Part shown: positions 63,400 through 64,000 of the stretch, one piece after another
Layout: each line of letters starts with the position of its first letter
Numbering within the stretch: position 1 is the stretch's first letter
Assembly: GCA_951406725.2 (NCBI GenBank)
Contig: OX597816.1
Coordinates: forward strand, 53,010,001-53,074,000
From: Octopus vulgaris
Taxonomy: Eukaryota
Direction of reading: 5' to 3'
Length of the DNA stretch: 64,000 nt
The notes under the pieces: model-generated
Databases searched by the model: none
Seen by the model: only the letters and a program-made list of their open reading frames with translations
What the model was told of the DNA's origin: nothing
Position numbers and translations under genes: made by a program

Positions 63400-64000
63400 T
63401 CTCTGCTGCTGCTGCTGCTGTAAGTATGAAGAGAGATTTGGGGATGACAATCATGATGATGGTGATGATGGTAATGACGATGAGGAGGAGGGTGAGGAGG
63501 AGGAGGGTGAGGAGGAGGAGGGTGAGGAGGAGGAGGGTGAGGAGGCAGGACAATGATTGTGATAATGGTAATGATGACAATGATGATAAGGATGATGGTA
63601 ATAATGAAGAGGGGAATGAGGAAGAGGATGTAAACAATAATCACAATGATGATGATGATGATGATGACAATTATGGCAATAACGATGATGACATTTCATA
63701 AGCATATATCATTATGATGATGTTGACAAGGAAAATGTTGAAGAATATGTTCATTATGATAATGGCGCTGATGTTGTTGATGATGATGGTGATGATGGTT
63801 ATAATGAAGAGAAGAATGAGGAAGAGGATGACAGTTATGATCACAATAATGATGATGATGATGATGACAATGAGAGCAATAATAGTGACAATGATATTTC
63901 ATGATGATGATGATGATGATGATGATAATGAAGAATATGTTCATGGTGATGATTGTGATTATGATGATGATGATAATAATGGTGGTGGTGATGGTGATGG
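63400..64000. repeat. (GAT)/(GAG) low-complexity array with a 15-bp tandem unit and an internal duplication
   Basis: GAGGAGGAGGGTGAG x4; ATAATGAAGAG..GAATGAGGAAGAGGATG block occurs twice. Confidence 0.9.

Overview
AT-rich, microsatellite-dense eukaryotic DNA, most likely cephalopod (Octopus-like SINE repertoire; inferred, not proven). It is largely intronic or intergenic, and no host gene can be named. Recognisable content: a 5'-truncated CR1/L2-type LINE with an open 727-aa frame, R4/Dong, HERO and RTE LINE relics, a Tc1 transposase fragment, Tc2/mariner/piggyBac MITEs, non-autonomous Helitron/Helentron elements and five abundant SINE families. Most supplied ORFs are microsatellite or SINE artefacts. 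The main signal is a set of at least 7 short non-coding element families, mostly inserted into (TA)n tracts and often forming fold-back palindromes or tandem units. They carry type I hammerhead ribozyme motifs (about 12 recognisable, some degraded) with tiny palindromic helix III, several with non-canonical cores. This resembles Penelope-like pLTR or retrozyme remnants. A HERO 3'UTR also holds a candidate non-circularly permuted hammerhead, and a candidate recursive splice site lies on the minus strand. All ribozyme calls were folded by eye, and repeat boundaries are approximate.
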